64,000 bases of DNA from Nitrospinaceae bacterium (GTDB taxonomy: Bacteria; Nitrospinota; Nitrospinia; Nitrospinales; VA-1): positions 1-64,000 of the forward strand of contig JBHHVU010000010.1 of NCBI GenBank assembly GCA_046754465.1. Reading direction: 5' to 3'. Position 1 is the stretch's first letter. Each line of letters opens with the position of its first letter. Made by a program: the position numbers and the translations under genes. Shown here piece after piece: positions 49,740 through 59,344 of this stretch. The notes under the pieces are model-generated. The model ran no database searches. It was not told where the DNA came from and saw only the letters and a list, made by a program, of their open reading frames with translations.

Positions 49740-50351
49740 TTATTTGATCATGAACCCTTTGCAGTCAAGAATCTGGTATTCATAATCACAGGCTTTTTGC
49801 AGTTCCCCCAATCTTTCGTTCCAATTCTCCCTGAAATTGTCGAGGTTTTCCGATTTCGGTTTTTTCTTCATCAGACCCACCTCTTTGATCAGGGGTTTCA
49901 CAAGATTTTTGTGAATCAACTGGAGCGTGTTTCGCAGTTTCAGAATACATTCCTTAGTGACCGTTTCGCGGGTCACCCCATCCACTTTTTCCAGAAGCCG
50001 GAGAAAAGATTGAATGGTTGTCAGCTGCGACGTATAACTTTCGGCCAACTTATGGTTGTATTTCAATCCGCAGTCAATGTAAGCGGGCATCAACCACATG
50101 CCCACGTGGTGATCGAACTTGACGGAGAGGGTGATCAATTTCTGGAGGTAATCTACCTCCCTCAGATCTTCCTCCTCCTCCTCCTCCCCTTCCTCGAGCT
50201 CTTGGGCGGCTTTTTCCTTTTCTTTCTGAAGCTCCAACTTGATTTTTTCGAGTTCACTCAGATCGGAAAGAGAATCGGCATCCGTCTTTTCGCTCTTGGC
50301 GGGGTCCTGATTTTCTTCTTCCTTTTTGGTTTCAGTATCCTGGTCGCTCAA
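49740..50351 (-). CDS. Hypothetical helical protein with acidic coiled-coil N-terminus
   Basis: EEGEEEEEEDL; helical C-terminal domain; RBS AGGAG. Confidence 0.8.
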   Translation of the reverse strand: MSDQDTETKKEEENQDPAKSEKTDADSLSDLSELEKIKLELQKEKEKAAQELEEGEEEEEEDLREVDYLQKLITLSVKFDHHVGMWLMPAYIDCGLKYNHKLAESYTSQLTTIQSFLRLLEKVDGVTRETVTKECILKLRNTLQLIHKNLVKPLIKEVGLMKKKPKSENLDNFRENWNERLGELQKACDYEYQILDCKGFMIK

Positions 50352-50429
50352 AGGACAATCTCCTATAAAACGCTGGTAATTAAAACAATATTTTCAATGT
50401 ATTGCAGTTGCTTTTTGGGATTGGAAACA

Positions 50430-50458
50430 AGTATAGTCCTTTCATAACGGGGTGTCAA
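50430..50458 (-). promoter_or_regulatory. Near-consensus sigma70 promoter (leftward)
   Basis: Minus strand TTGACA-N17-TATACT. Confidence 0.75.
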
Positions 50459-50657
50459 GGTCTTACCCCTCCGATTTTCAAGACGTTCGGCCCGAAAGGG
50501 GGCGGGATTTTCCAGGCCGGCCCCATGCCCCTAACACAGGCAGACGGGAAACGGTTCGTTGACAGGAGAATTGGTGGGGGTATATCCTTAATGAATATCA
50601 AGCCCATCTTACAAAGATATTCCGCAAGATCCGGCAATGAATTGAAGGCATAAAACC

Positions 50658-52463
50658 ATGAAAACCGCATTGGTTTTCCCTCCACAATGGTATCCCAGTC
50701 AACCCTACCTGGCCCTGCCCACGTTGATGGCCTATCTGCAATCCAAAGGCCACGACGTCGAGCAGTTTGACTTCAACATAGAAAGTTATCAGATCTTTCT
50801 TTCCCGGGAATACCTCGGCCGGTGCGTGGATATCATACGCACCCGCCTCACGCAACCTGCCTATTCCCTGGAGGAAAGGGAAGTCCAATCCGTCTACCGG
50901 CAGATCCTTTCCGACAGCGAATATCTCGAAACCATCATGGAGGAAGTGGAGGACGCGGCGAATGTCCTGCGCGACGAGAAACGGTTTTTTCAGTTTCCGG
51001 TTTACAAAAAAGCGTATACCACCTTGAAAATCGCCATGAAGCTCATTTCTTACGCCCACTTCCCGAGCCGGATCGACCTGGAATCCTTCTTCATGCAGGG
51101 AACCCCCGAGGAAAGCCTTCAGGGGATTCTCTCGGCCACCGCCGATTCCGCACGAAATCCCTTCGTCCACCTGGTCCGGGACTATCTTTTATCCCAGGTG
51201 CAATGGGAGAATTACCGGCTGGCCGGAATATCCATCATCCATGTGGGGCAGGTGATTCCCGGCCTGACCCTGGCGCGATGGTTGCGGAAGAGATACCCCC
51301 ACCTCCATATTGTCATAGGCGGCAGTGTGTTCGCCCGTCATCAGGACATTCTGGAAAACAAGCAGGTCCTGTTCGAGGAATTTTTTCACAGCATCATCCT
51401 GTTTGAGGGCGAGCATCCCTTGGACCAGTTGATCAGCCATCTCAAGGAAAAGAAACCACTGGATACCGTCCCCAACCTGATTCACCTGGTGAACGGGAGA
51501 GTCGTCCACAACGAAAAAGCCAAATCCCTGCCCTACGAAAAACTGGTGCCTCCCAATTTCGACGGCCTGCCCCTGGAAAAATACCTGATGCCCTATCCCG
51601 TTTTGCCCTACATGGCGAGCCGGGGCTGTTATTGGGGGAAGTGCACCTTTTGCACGCACAGTTTTATCTACGATTCTTATTACCGGAAGGAAAACGAAAC
51701 CCGGATGGCGGAAGAGATAGAGTACTTGAGTCAACGGTACCAGACCCGGTACTTCACCTTTTCGGATGAAGCCATATCCCCCAACGCGTTTCGAAGAATG
51801 TCCAGCGCGATTCTGGCGCGGAACGTCGAAATGCGCGCCCTGGGCATGCTCAAGTTCGAGTCGGACAACGTGGAAACCCCCGATCTGTTTGAACACATGT
51901 ACCGGGCGGGATTCATCATGCTTTTTTTTGGCCTTGAAAGCGCCAACGACCGGGTTCTTTCCCTCATCGACAAGGGGTGTGACCAGAACACCGAAAAGCT
52001 GGTCCTGGAAAACAGTTCCCGCGCGGGTATCTGGAACCATCTCTATCTGTTTTTCGGATTCCCCACGGAAGAACGGGAGGAAGCCGAGGACACCATCCGG
52101 TTCACCATAAAAAATAGCGAAACCGGGACGGGGATCATTCACTCGGTGGGGCAATCCACCTTTTCCCTGGAGAAGGATTCCGCCATTTATCACAACCCGG
52201 GAAAATTCGAAATCGGCCGGATCTTTCACGATCCCGAACGGGACATGGCCATCATCTTCGACTTCGATATAAAATCCGGGATGTCCCGGGAAGAAGTCAT
52301 GGACGTCTACGAAAACTTCAACGGAATCCTTAACGAATGTTTTCCATCCCGGAAGATTTGGAATTTCCTTTCGAGGGAGCATTTTCTTCTTTACCTGGAC
52401 CATTTCGGGAAAGAGGGGATCCTCGATATGGCGGGCCGCGAGGAGAACATGGCGCAAACCTGA
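50658..52463 (+). CDS. B12-binding-domain radical SAM protein
   Basis: N-terminal FPPQW....PYL, IVIGGS, ASRGCYWGKCTFC (CxxxCxxC), GLESANDRVL..IDKG, GFPTE. Confidence 0.93.
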   Translation: MKTALVFPPQWYPSQPYLALPTLMAYLQSKGHDVEQFDFNIESYQIFLSREYLGRCVDIIRTRLTQPAYSLEEREVQSVYRQILSDSEYLETIMEEVEDAANVLRDEKRFFQFPVYKKAYTTLKIAMKLISYAHFPSRIDLESFFMQGTPEESLQGILSATADSARNPFVHLVRDYLLSQVQWENYRLAGISIIHVGQVIPGLTLARWLRKRYPHLHIVIGGSVFARHQDILENKQVLFEEFFHSIILFEGEHPLDQLISHLKEKKPLDTVPNLIHLVNGRVVHNEKAKSLPYEKLVPPNFDGLPLEKYLMPYPVLPYMASRGCYWGKCTFCTHSFIYDSYYRKENETRMAEEIEYLSQRYQTRYFTFSDEAISPNAFRRMSSAILARNVEMRALGMLKFESDNVETPDLFEHMYRAGFIMLFFGLESANDRVLSLIDKGCDQNTEKLVLENSSRAGIWNHLYLFFGFPTEEREEAEDTIRFTIKNSETGTGIIHSVGQSTFSLEKDSAIYHNPGKFEIGRIFHDPERDMAIIFDFDIKSGMSREEVMDVYENFNGILNECFPSRKIWNFLSREHFLLYLDHFGKEGILDMAGREENMAQT

Positions 52464-52526
52464 ATCCCTCCCGCCATCGGAAGAAGGTGGCATCACCAAC
52501 CGTTCCCCCTTCCAGGCCCAGTCCTC

Positions 52527-52555
52527 TTGACACCCCCCGCCGGATCACCTAGAAT
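52527..52555 (+). promoter_or_regulatory. Near-consensus sigma70 promoter
   Basis: TTGACA-N17-TAGAAT. Confidence 0.7.
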
Positions 52556-52628
52556 TCAACTATACCGCTCAATTACATGAAGGGAACAGGGGTTTAATCA
52601 CTTGATGAAGTAAAGGAGTAGAAAGATT

Positions 52629-53759
52629 ATGAGCGAGTCCAAAGACACAGGCGGTTGGATCACCATGAAAATCGCGCCCGAGATTTTTGACGAACTCGGT
52701 GTCCGGGATCCGGAGCAGATCAAGCTGGAAACCAAAATCATGAAGAAGGTCCGCCAAGTAAAGAAAGAATTGAAAAACGAACCCGACAACCTCGACAAGT
52801 TGAACGAACTGAGCACGTATTACATCGATGGGGGAAATTACGAGGATGCCATCAATGTATTGCGGACGGTCATCAGTAAAGACAAATTCAACGTCCGTGC
52901 CTACAAGTTGATCGGCACCGCCTACGTTTTGTTCAATCACGAGGACGAAGCCATCATGGAATTGAACCGCGCGGTCGAGCTGGACCCCAAGGACCCGGAA
53001 ATTCATTTCAATCTGGGGGGCGTTTACATGCTCAGGGATTGCTTTCTGAATGCGATCCGCTGTTTCGAGAATGTGATCGAACTGGACCCAACCGATACCC
53101 TGGGATACGCCAATCTGGCTGCGGCTTATGACGCCGAGAAAATGTACGAGGAGGAAGTCCGCGTCCTGAAGCGGGTATTGATGTTCAGTCCGGAAGATAA
53201 AGAGTTGCGCTCCGCCCTGAGCACCGCCTATTTTAACTCGGGAAATTATGACGACGCCTTGAGCGCCGCCCTCTGCGTGGTGGACCTGGACGACAAGGAT
53301 CCCCAGGCTTATTGCAACCTGGGAAGCTGTTATTCGGTGAATAACATGGTCGACGAAGCGGTCAAAGCGTTCAAGAAAGCCAGTGAGATTGATCCCGAAT
53401 ACAACCTGCCCCATACCAACCTGGGAAGCCTTTATGCCACTATGGGCCGGTTGGAAAGCGCCATCAAGGAATTCAAGCAGTCGGTCTCCCTGAACCGCGG
53501 TGACTCACTGGCCTGGTTCAATCTGTACAACTGTTACAAGGAAGTAGGGAGGATGGAAGATGCCGAGGAAGCCTTCCGCCATTACGACCGGCTGATGAAA
53601 GAACTGGATGGGCGGGCCCCGGGTGCCGAGGGGGATCAGACCAATTTATCCAATATCCCCGGTGGAGTTTCTCAAACCGGAAACCTGGCCGATGGCGCCA
53701 AACTGGAAGATAGCAAGGCCGGAATGGAAACCGGGTTCGGGGAAACCGAATCTCCTTGA
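52629..53759 (+). CDS. Multi-TPR protein
   Basis: About 8 TPR repeats (AVELDPKDPEIHFNLG, AYCNLG, PHTNLG). Confidence 0.93.
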   Translation: MSESKDTGGWITMKIAPEIFDELGVRDPEQIKLETKIMKKVRQVKKELKNEPDNLDKLNELSTYYIDGGNYEDAINVLRTVISKDKFNVRAYKLIGTAYVLFNHEDEAIMELNRAVELDPKDPEIHFNLGGVYMLRDCFLNAIRCFENVIELDPTDTLGYANLAAAYDAEKMYEEEVRVLKRVLMFSPEDKELRSALSTAYFNSGNYDDALSAALCVVDLDDKDPQAYCNLGSCYSVNNMVDEAVKAFKKASEIDPEYNLPHTNLGSLYATMGRLESAIKEFKQSVSLNRGDSLAWFNLYNCYKEVGRMEDAEEAFRHYDRLMKELDGRAPGAEGDQTNLSNIPGGVSQTGNLADGAKLEDSKAGMETGFGETESP

Positions 53760-53787
53760 ACATGATGTATCACCTGGGGGATTGTGA

Positions 53788-55182
53788 GTGGTGCCCATGA
53801 CCCAGGAATCCCGAAATACCCTGCCACTTGGCGATTTCCAGCCCGCGGACCAATGGCAAATCCACGTCAATTCCATTTTTTACGGGACCCTTGGGCCGGC
53901 GATTCATAATCATTTCCAAACTTACGCCAGTCTGGATCACCGGTTGGCCCATTCCCTGGCAGAGGAATATTTTGAGCAGGTGCGGGACCAGCCCCTCTCC
54001 CCCGGCCCCCGGTACATCCTGGAGTTGGGGGTGGGAAACGGAAACCTCGCGCGGTGCTTCCTTTCCCGGCTCAGGGAAATCGATTCCGGCGGTCGCGTCT
54101 ACCCGCGTACGCATTATGTTCTTTGTGATTATTCCGAGGAAATCCTTAAAGGAGTGCGCTCCAATCCCCGATTGCGGGAACATGCGGGGCATTTTTCCAC
54201 TATCCGTGCCGACGCCTCGGGCCTCGGCTGTTTCCGGCCCCAATCGGTTGATAAAATCATATCCAATGAAATCTGGGACGATCTCGCCACCCGGGTTCTT
54301 TTAAAGCATCAAGGCACCCTCTACGAGGAATATCTACAGCCCCACCTGGACCCCGCCCTTATCGGCGGCGACTTTGAAACATTCAGCGGCTGCTTCGGCG
54401 GCAAAAACTATTCCGCCCTGCGGGAATATCCCCCCTTTCTTTCCCACATCCATTGGGAAAAAAGTTATCAGCGTGTGGACATTGGAGACTGGCCTTACCC
54501 GGCGAACCTTCAAGCTCAGATCGAACGGTTCGCCGATGAGATCCCCATGCCAGTCAACATCGGCGCTTTTACGACCCTCGAGCGGGCCCGCGGGTTGTTG
54601 CGCCCTGGCGGACAGGGATACCGGGGGTTCGATTACGGGATGTTTTCCATCGACGACTTGAACCGTGAAGGACGGCCCTATTTCAACCTGTATGGTGGAC
54701 AATATACCTTCATGGTGAATTTCGATCTCCTGGTCCGGGTGGGCAAGGCCGTCGGATTTGAAAATGTCGAAAAAGAATATCAGCACCATTACGTGGCTGG
54801 GAATTCGGCACGGAAAGTCACCAGCCTGGTGGAAATTCTCCAAAGCCATCCCCAGATTCCGCAAATGGCCCCCTGGGACCGGGATCTCCTCATGGTTCAA
54901 ACCCTCCACGCCCTCAACCGCGCCTACCGGAGCCCTTACAAGAACAAGATGGAATATCCCCTCCTGCCGGGCACGCCTAAAAAACAGAGAAAACAAATCG
55001 CTCAACTGGTCAAAAAACTAAGCCCCTACGGTGTTCCCGATACGGTGGCTTATGTAACCGACGGCGAAGTGTTTTCGGTGATAGGGACTCTCAAACGGCT
55101 AGGATACAGTGAAAGGGGTCTCCACCAGGTTTTCGATGGCCCCCCCGACGCCATCACCTTCGTCACCCTGAATTTCCGGTAA
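53788..55182 (+). CDS. Class I SAM-dependent methyltransferase (MidA/NDUFAF7-like)
   Basis: ILELGVGNG.LA..FL, ISNEIWDDL, FDYG. Confidence 0.8.
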   Translation: MVPMTQESRNTLPLGDFQPADQWQIHVNSIFYGTLGPAIHNHFQTYASLDHRLAHSLAEEYFEQVRDQPLSPGPRYILELGVGNGNLARCFLSRLREIDSGGRVYPRTHYVLCDYSEEILKGVRSNPRLREHAGHFSTIRADASGLGCFRPQSVDKIISNEIWDDLATRVLLKHQGTLYEEYLQPHLDPALIGGDFETFSGCFGGKNYSALREYPPFLSHIHWEKSYQRVDIGDWPYPANLQAQIERFADEIPMPVNIGAFTTLERARGLLRPGGQGYRGFDYGMFSIDDLNREGRPYFNLYGGQYTFMVNFDLLVRVGKAVGFENVEKEYQHHYVAGNSARKVTSLVEILQSHPQIPQMAPWDRDLLMVQTLHALNRAYRSPYKNKMEYPLLPGTPKKQRKQIAQLVKKLSPYGVPDTVAYVTDGEVFSVIGTLKRLGYSERGLHQVFDGPPDAITFVTLNFR

Positions 55183-55340
55183 CCCGCCAATGGCATGAGG
55201 GGGAAGAACGGCGGTTCAATTTTGGTGCGGTTTTTTTATGATTTTTCGGGGGTGGGACGGCTTCTTTCGTGGCATTGCCGGGGGGGGGTCGTGAAAACCG
55301 GGAATTCTCCCCCCCGGTGTTTTGGATCGCCACGCCGGAT

Positions 55341-55862
55341 TCATGTCGTCAATATTTTTAACAGTGCGTCCACCATGGTCTCTATTTTTAGGAGCACCTT
55401 TGGCTCGGTCAGCTGGCCGTCTTCAAAATCGTCCGAACAGGAATAAACGATGGGATGAACCGTCAGCACGCCCGACTCAAAGGAAAGGATTTTGACCAGG
55501 TCCGACGAGGCGAGAAATGACTTGGTTCCCCCGGCGTTGCACAAGAGTCCCGCGGCCTTGTTCTCCATGGCTCCCGCCGTGATGTCGATCAGGTTTTTGA
55601 CCACTCCGGAGACCGACCAGCAGTAGACCGGCATACCAAAAATAAATCCATCAGCCGATTCCATCAGCCGATAGGCTCCCCGCATATCGGCGTTGTAATC
55701 CTGAATAGCCCTTCCATCACAAAATTGCAGGTCCAACGAGCGAAGGTCGAGAGTTTCAAAATCGGCATTCCTTGTCCGGAGAATCCTTTCCGTCTCCGCC
55801 ACCACGACGGCGGTTTTGGAGTGAGTGGAAAGGCTCCCCTGCACAATCACAATCCTGGCCAT
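55341..55862 (-). CDS. NADPH-dependent FMN reductase family
   Basis: GSLS..SKT, ADGFIFGMPVY.WSVSGVVKNLID. Confidence 0.88.
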   Translation of the reverse strand: MARIVIVQGSLSTHSKTAVVVAETERILRTRNADFETLDLRSLDLQFCDGRAIQDYNADMRGAYRLMESADGFIFGMPVYCWSVSGVVKNLIDITAGAMENKAAGLLCNAGGTKSFLASSDLVKILSFESGVLTVHPIVYSCSDDFEDGQLTEPKVLLKIETMVDALLKILTT

Positions 55863-55905
55863 GGTTAGAATTATCCCCGGCGGGCCTCCAGCGAATTAAA
55901 CGGTT

Positions 55906-55941
55906 AAAAAAAGGCTTGCACCGGACCGGTGCAAGCCTTTT
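55906..55941 (-). terminator. Intrinsic terminator
   Basis: AAAAGGCTTGCACCGG-a-CCGGTGCAAGCCTTTT. Confidence 0.8.
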
Positions 55942-55968
55942 GGATATCTTCCTGACAAACATCCAGGG

Positions 55969-57576
55969 TCAGGCCGAGGGAACCTGTTTTGGCGGCTCTT
56001 CCTCCTCTTCCGTTTCTTCACCCTCCTCTTCGGCGAACAAATCGTCCTCTTCATCCTCCTCCTCACCGATGAGTGCGTTGGGATCATCAACTTCCATCTC
56101 GTTATCGAGCTCCTCCTCCCCCTCGCTAAAGGGAGAATTCGGAAGTTCGTCCCAAATCACCACACGGGCGTTTCCCCGGTCGGCGATATAAAGTTTGAAG
56201 GGTACTTCTTCGACCTCATCCTCATCCACATCCGGGTCTTCTTCCAGGAACAGGCCGAAGGGGTCGTTGAGGGTGGAAGCGGTGGTTTCTCCGCCCCGGT
56301 TGGAATGATTGTCCGAGAAGGTTTTTTGACCGAGGACGAGATCCGCCGGCTGGCCGTTTTCGGTGGGGACTTCCTTCCAATACAGGACGCGGTGGTTTTC
56401 CGTGTCGGAGACAAACAAGCCTGTTCTGCCGAAGACCACATCGGTCGGGAAATAGAGACCCTCGCGGCATGCGTTTTTGGCCCCATGACCGGAATTGGGC
56501 TCCCTGCTTTGAAAGTCCTTTTGTCCGATCACCACATCCGCGGGTTTGCCCGAATCGGTGGGAAGGTGATTCCAGATCAACACGCGATGATTTCCCTGGT
56601 CGACGACGAACAGATTGTCCCTTTCGGCATCGTAAAACACACCGGTGGGAAAACTGAGGGTATCGGAGCCGACATTGTCGAATTCTCCGCGATTGGGTTC
56701 CCGTTCGTCCATCCCCGATTGGCCCAGGCAAACATCGGCGTTCCAGCCGTTGTTGAAGGGAATTTTGCTCCAGATCAAAATCCTGTGGTTGTCCTTGTCG
56801 GCGATGAATACGTGCTGGTCGTCCCCCGAATGGATTCCCATGGGGAAAAACAGGGAGCCGGACCCGACCAAGCCGCGCCGGTTGGCTTCGTTGCATTCCA
56901 GGTTGTCCTGACCCAGAACCAGGTTGGGGGCTTCGCCGTCCTCGGAAGGCAGGCCGCTCCAGCGGATCGCCCGGTGATTGCCGCTGTCCACCACATAGAG
57001 TTTTCCATCGATGACAGCGAGTCCGGCGGGCTGGGAAAGGGTGTCCTCTTCTCCCTTACTGATGGTGAAATCCTCCAGGTTTTCGTCCCCCAGGCCGGAA
57101 GTCATCTCATCCAGCGTGGTCGTTATGCCCCGGTTTTCGAGGCAGTCGGCGAAATCTTCCTGTCCCAGCACGAGGCTGGCCGGTTCCCCGTTTTCCTCGG
57201 GGGGTTGTTCCCATACGAGAACCCGGTGGTTTCCGCGATCGGAAACAAAAACCATCTCGCCGAACCTGGTAATGTATTGGGGTTCGGCCAGCGTGTTGTC
57301 TCCCGGGTCATCCGCTCCCCGGTTGGCCTGGCACATGGAGAAATCGCCCTGGCCCATCACCAAGCAGGCGCCTTTTTCTGGCTCGGCTTCCTCCGTGGTT
57401 TCCCCCGTTTCTTCCATTTCCTCATCTTCGTCGAACTCATCCTCCTCGTCCGTTTCCTCGGATTCTACCAGGGAAGCCGCCTCCCTATCATCCTCCGGCG
57501 GACTTTGGGTGTCTTCCACTTCGGTGGCTTCTTCCTGGTTGAGTTCTTCCTCGTTGTCTCTTTTGTCTTCAGACAT
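55969..57576 (-). CDS. NHL-repeat protein (GQxDF type) with acidic N- and C-terminal tails
   Basis: Repeats of V(L/I)GQ.DF....NRG...L..P....D..NHRVL.W...P; D/E-rich termini. Confidence 0.9.
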   Translation of the reverse strand: MSEDKRDNEEELNQEEATEVEDTQSPPEDDREAASLVESEETDEEDEFDEDEEMEETGETTEEAEPEKGACLVMGQGDFSMCQANRGADDPGDNTLAEPQYITRFGEMVFVSDRGNHRVLVWEQPPEENGEPASLVLGQEDFADCLENRGITTTLDEMTSGLGDENLEDFTISKGEEDTLSQPAGLAVIDGKLYVVDSGNHRAIRWSGLPSEDGEAPNLVLGQDNLECNEANRRGLVGSGSLFFPMGIHSGDDQHVFIADKDNHRILIWSKIPFNNGWNADVCLGQSGMDEREPNRGEFDNVGSDTLSFPTGVFYDAERDNLFVVDQGNHRVLIWNHLPTDSGKPADVVIGQKDFQSREPNSGHGAKNACREGLYFPTDVVFGRTGLFVSDTENHRVLYWKEVPTENGQPADLVLGQKTFSDNHSNRGGETTASTLNDPFGLFLEEDPDVDEDEVEEVPFKLYIADRGNARVVIWDELPNSPFSEGEEELDNEMEVDDPNALIGEEEDEEDDLFAEEEGEETEEEEEPPKQVPSA

Positions 57577-57718
57577 GAGACCCACCTCCAATGTATGTTG
57601 AAAAAAACTTCCTCAAACCCCGGTCCCTGTGGAACCGGGGAGAAGGAATGCACCGTAAATTAAACCTTCCAATGGGATTTTTTGACGGAAAACCCTATAT
57701 TCGCCAACCCATGGTTTG

Positions 57719-59344
57719 TCAGGGAACATGCAGCCGCTGCCACATGGAAACCACCTTCCGGCCGTTCCTGTCCTGATAATCTCCGTTCCATATCGCGAAC
57801 GCCACCAGTACGGGCCGATCATTTTGAAACTTGATGTCCCATTTGTTCAAGGACTCCAAGGTCCGGTAAAACACCACTTTCCATTTACCGTCCTTCCAAA
57901 CCCCTTTTCCAAGGATATTTTGCTTGGTTTGGGGTTGCGGTGTCAAGGTTCCAAATCCTTCGGCATTCAATTCTTCCACAGGAACATCGCGGAACGGATT
58001 CAGAGCATCCACCGGATTCACCTCCCCCCCAAAGATCATGGTGTCGAGATCCATTCCCTTGGTGGCGTATTCCAGTTTCTCCTTGGTTTCGATCTCCGTC
58101 TGCCAGTCGGCCCGCCATTGCCAGATATTGACGACTTTTCCCCGGTTGCCCATGCCGAAGAACGGTTCGTGGTGTCCATGTTTGTGAAGCAAGACGTCTC
58201 CCAGGGCGAATTCCATGGCGACGGCATCCTTGAAATCCTGATGCCGGCTGGAGGTCCGGTCCGCTGTCTTATCATCCCATTCCAGCCGGAACGCGATTCC
58301 CTCATCATTCATCACCGATTGGAAGCGGACTTGATTGATCGGATCCCTTCTGGCGCTGAGGGGAAGCGTGTGCACATTTTGGACCGGGACCTCGTCCCAG
58401 ATGGTGTTTTCCGGGTTCAGGTCGATTTCGTCATCGATTTTCCGGACGGGCAAATCGATCTCATATTCGGCTTTTTGAAGCGCGATTTGCCGGATATTGG
58501 ATTGGATGTAGGCGGCAAGATTCCATCGTTCCTCATCCGAGAGGTGTTTGTAAGCCTTCATTGGGGTGCCGTCGATCCCCGTGGTGAGGGTCAAATAAAT
58601 TTCTTTTTTGCCGGCACCAAATTTAATGGTATTGGGGTTGGTCAGATCATACACGAATACGCGATGGTCCCAGATATCGTAAAGGCCGTCGGCGAGGGGG
58701 CCGTTGCCCTTGAGATCGGTTCCGTGGCAACGGGCGCACCGCATTTCATCGTAAAGAATTTCTCCCTGCTTGATGGATTCCGGAGACGAGGGGGGAACCG
58801 ATTTCACCACAATCGGCGGTTTGGGTTTTTCTTCCTGGAAGCGTTTGGAAAATCCCTTGATGTATTGGACGACGGACCAGGTTTCCTCTTCCTTGAGAGC
58901 ACTGCCCCAGGAGGGCATGGATGTGCCGGGAATGCCCCGGGAGATGGTCAGGTAAATATCCGAGTCCAGGGGTAACGACCCGGTCGGAGTCGACCGGTGT
59001 TTGAAAACACCCTTCCGGAAATCCCGGGGCCAGGGATAAAGATAGGCCATGGCTTTCCCCCCGCCGTTTCCGTCTTGACCGTGGCAAAAAACACACATGT
59101 GCTGGTAGACGGTTCTGCCCAGAACCAGGTTGGCTTTTCCCTGGCCCGGCAACGCGCCGGAGGGACCGGCAAGGGCGGGACGGCCCATTGGGCCGGATGC
59201 GCCGGGACCCTGGGACCCGGCATCTTGAGAATGGGCTAGCCCCCCGCCCAGGTAAAACAAAATAAACAGAAAAACCGGTACAACGATAGATGACCTTCTA
59301 TCGCACGCCAAGACTGGGAGTCGATAATGTGTACAATTGTTCAT
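57719..59344 (-). CDS. Di-heme cytochrome c fused to ethylbenzene-dehydrogenase-gamma-like heme b domain (alternative NxrC candidate)
   Basis: CVFCH, CARCH, PWPRDF..G.FK.RSTP.G, then FKDAVAMEF, GMG...VNIWQWRADW, W.DG.WKVVF.R, AFAIWNG...DRNG.K. Confidence 0.85.
   Translation of the reverse strand: MNNCTHYRLPVLACDRRSSIVVPVFLFILFYLGGGLAHSQDAGSQGPGASGPMGRPALAGPSGALPGQGKANLVLGRTVYQHMCVFCHGQDGNGGGKAMAYLYPWPRDFRKGVFKHRSTPTGSLPLDSDIYLTISRGIPGTSMPSWGSALKEEETWSVVQYIKGFSKRFQEEKPKPPIVVKSVPPSSPESIKQGEILYDEMRCARCHGTDLKGNGPLADGLYDIWDHRVFVYDLTNPNTIKFGAGKKEIYLTLTTGIDGTPMKAYKHLSDEERWNLAAYIQSNIRQIALQKAEYEIDLPVRKIDDEIDLNPENTIWDEVPVQNVHTLPLSARRDPINQVRFQSVMNDEGIAFRLEWDDKTADRTSSRHQDFKDAVAMEFALGDVLLHKHGHHEPFFGMGNRGKVVNIWQWRADWQTEIETKEKLEYATKGMDLDTMIFGGEVNPVDALNPFRDVPVEELNAEGFGTLTPQPQTKQNILGKGVWKDGKWKVVFYRTLESLNKWDIKFQNDRPVLVAFAIWNGDYQDRNGRKVVSMWQRLHVP

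Noticed and set aside
46801..53759. Magnetosome gene cluster (TPR as MamA)
   Set aside because: No MamB/M, MamK, MamE/O/P or FeoB motifs; the TPRs are generic
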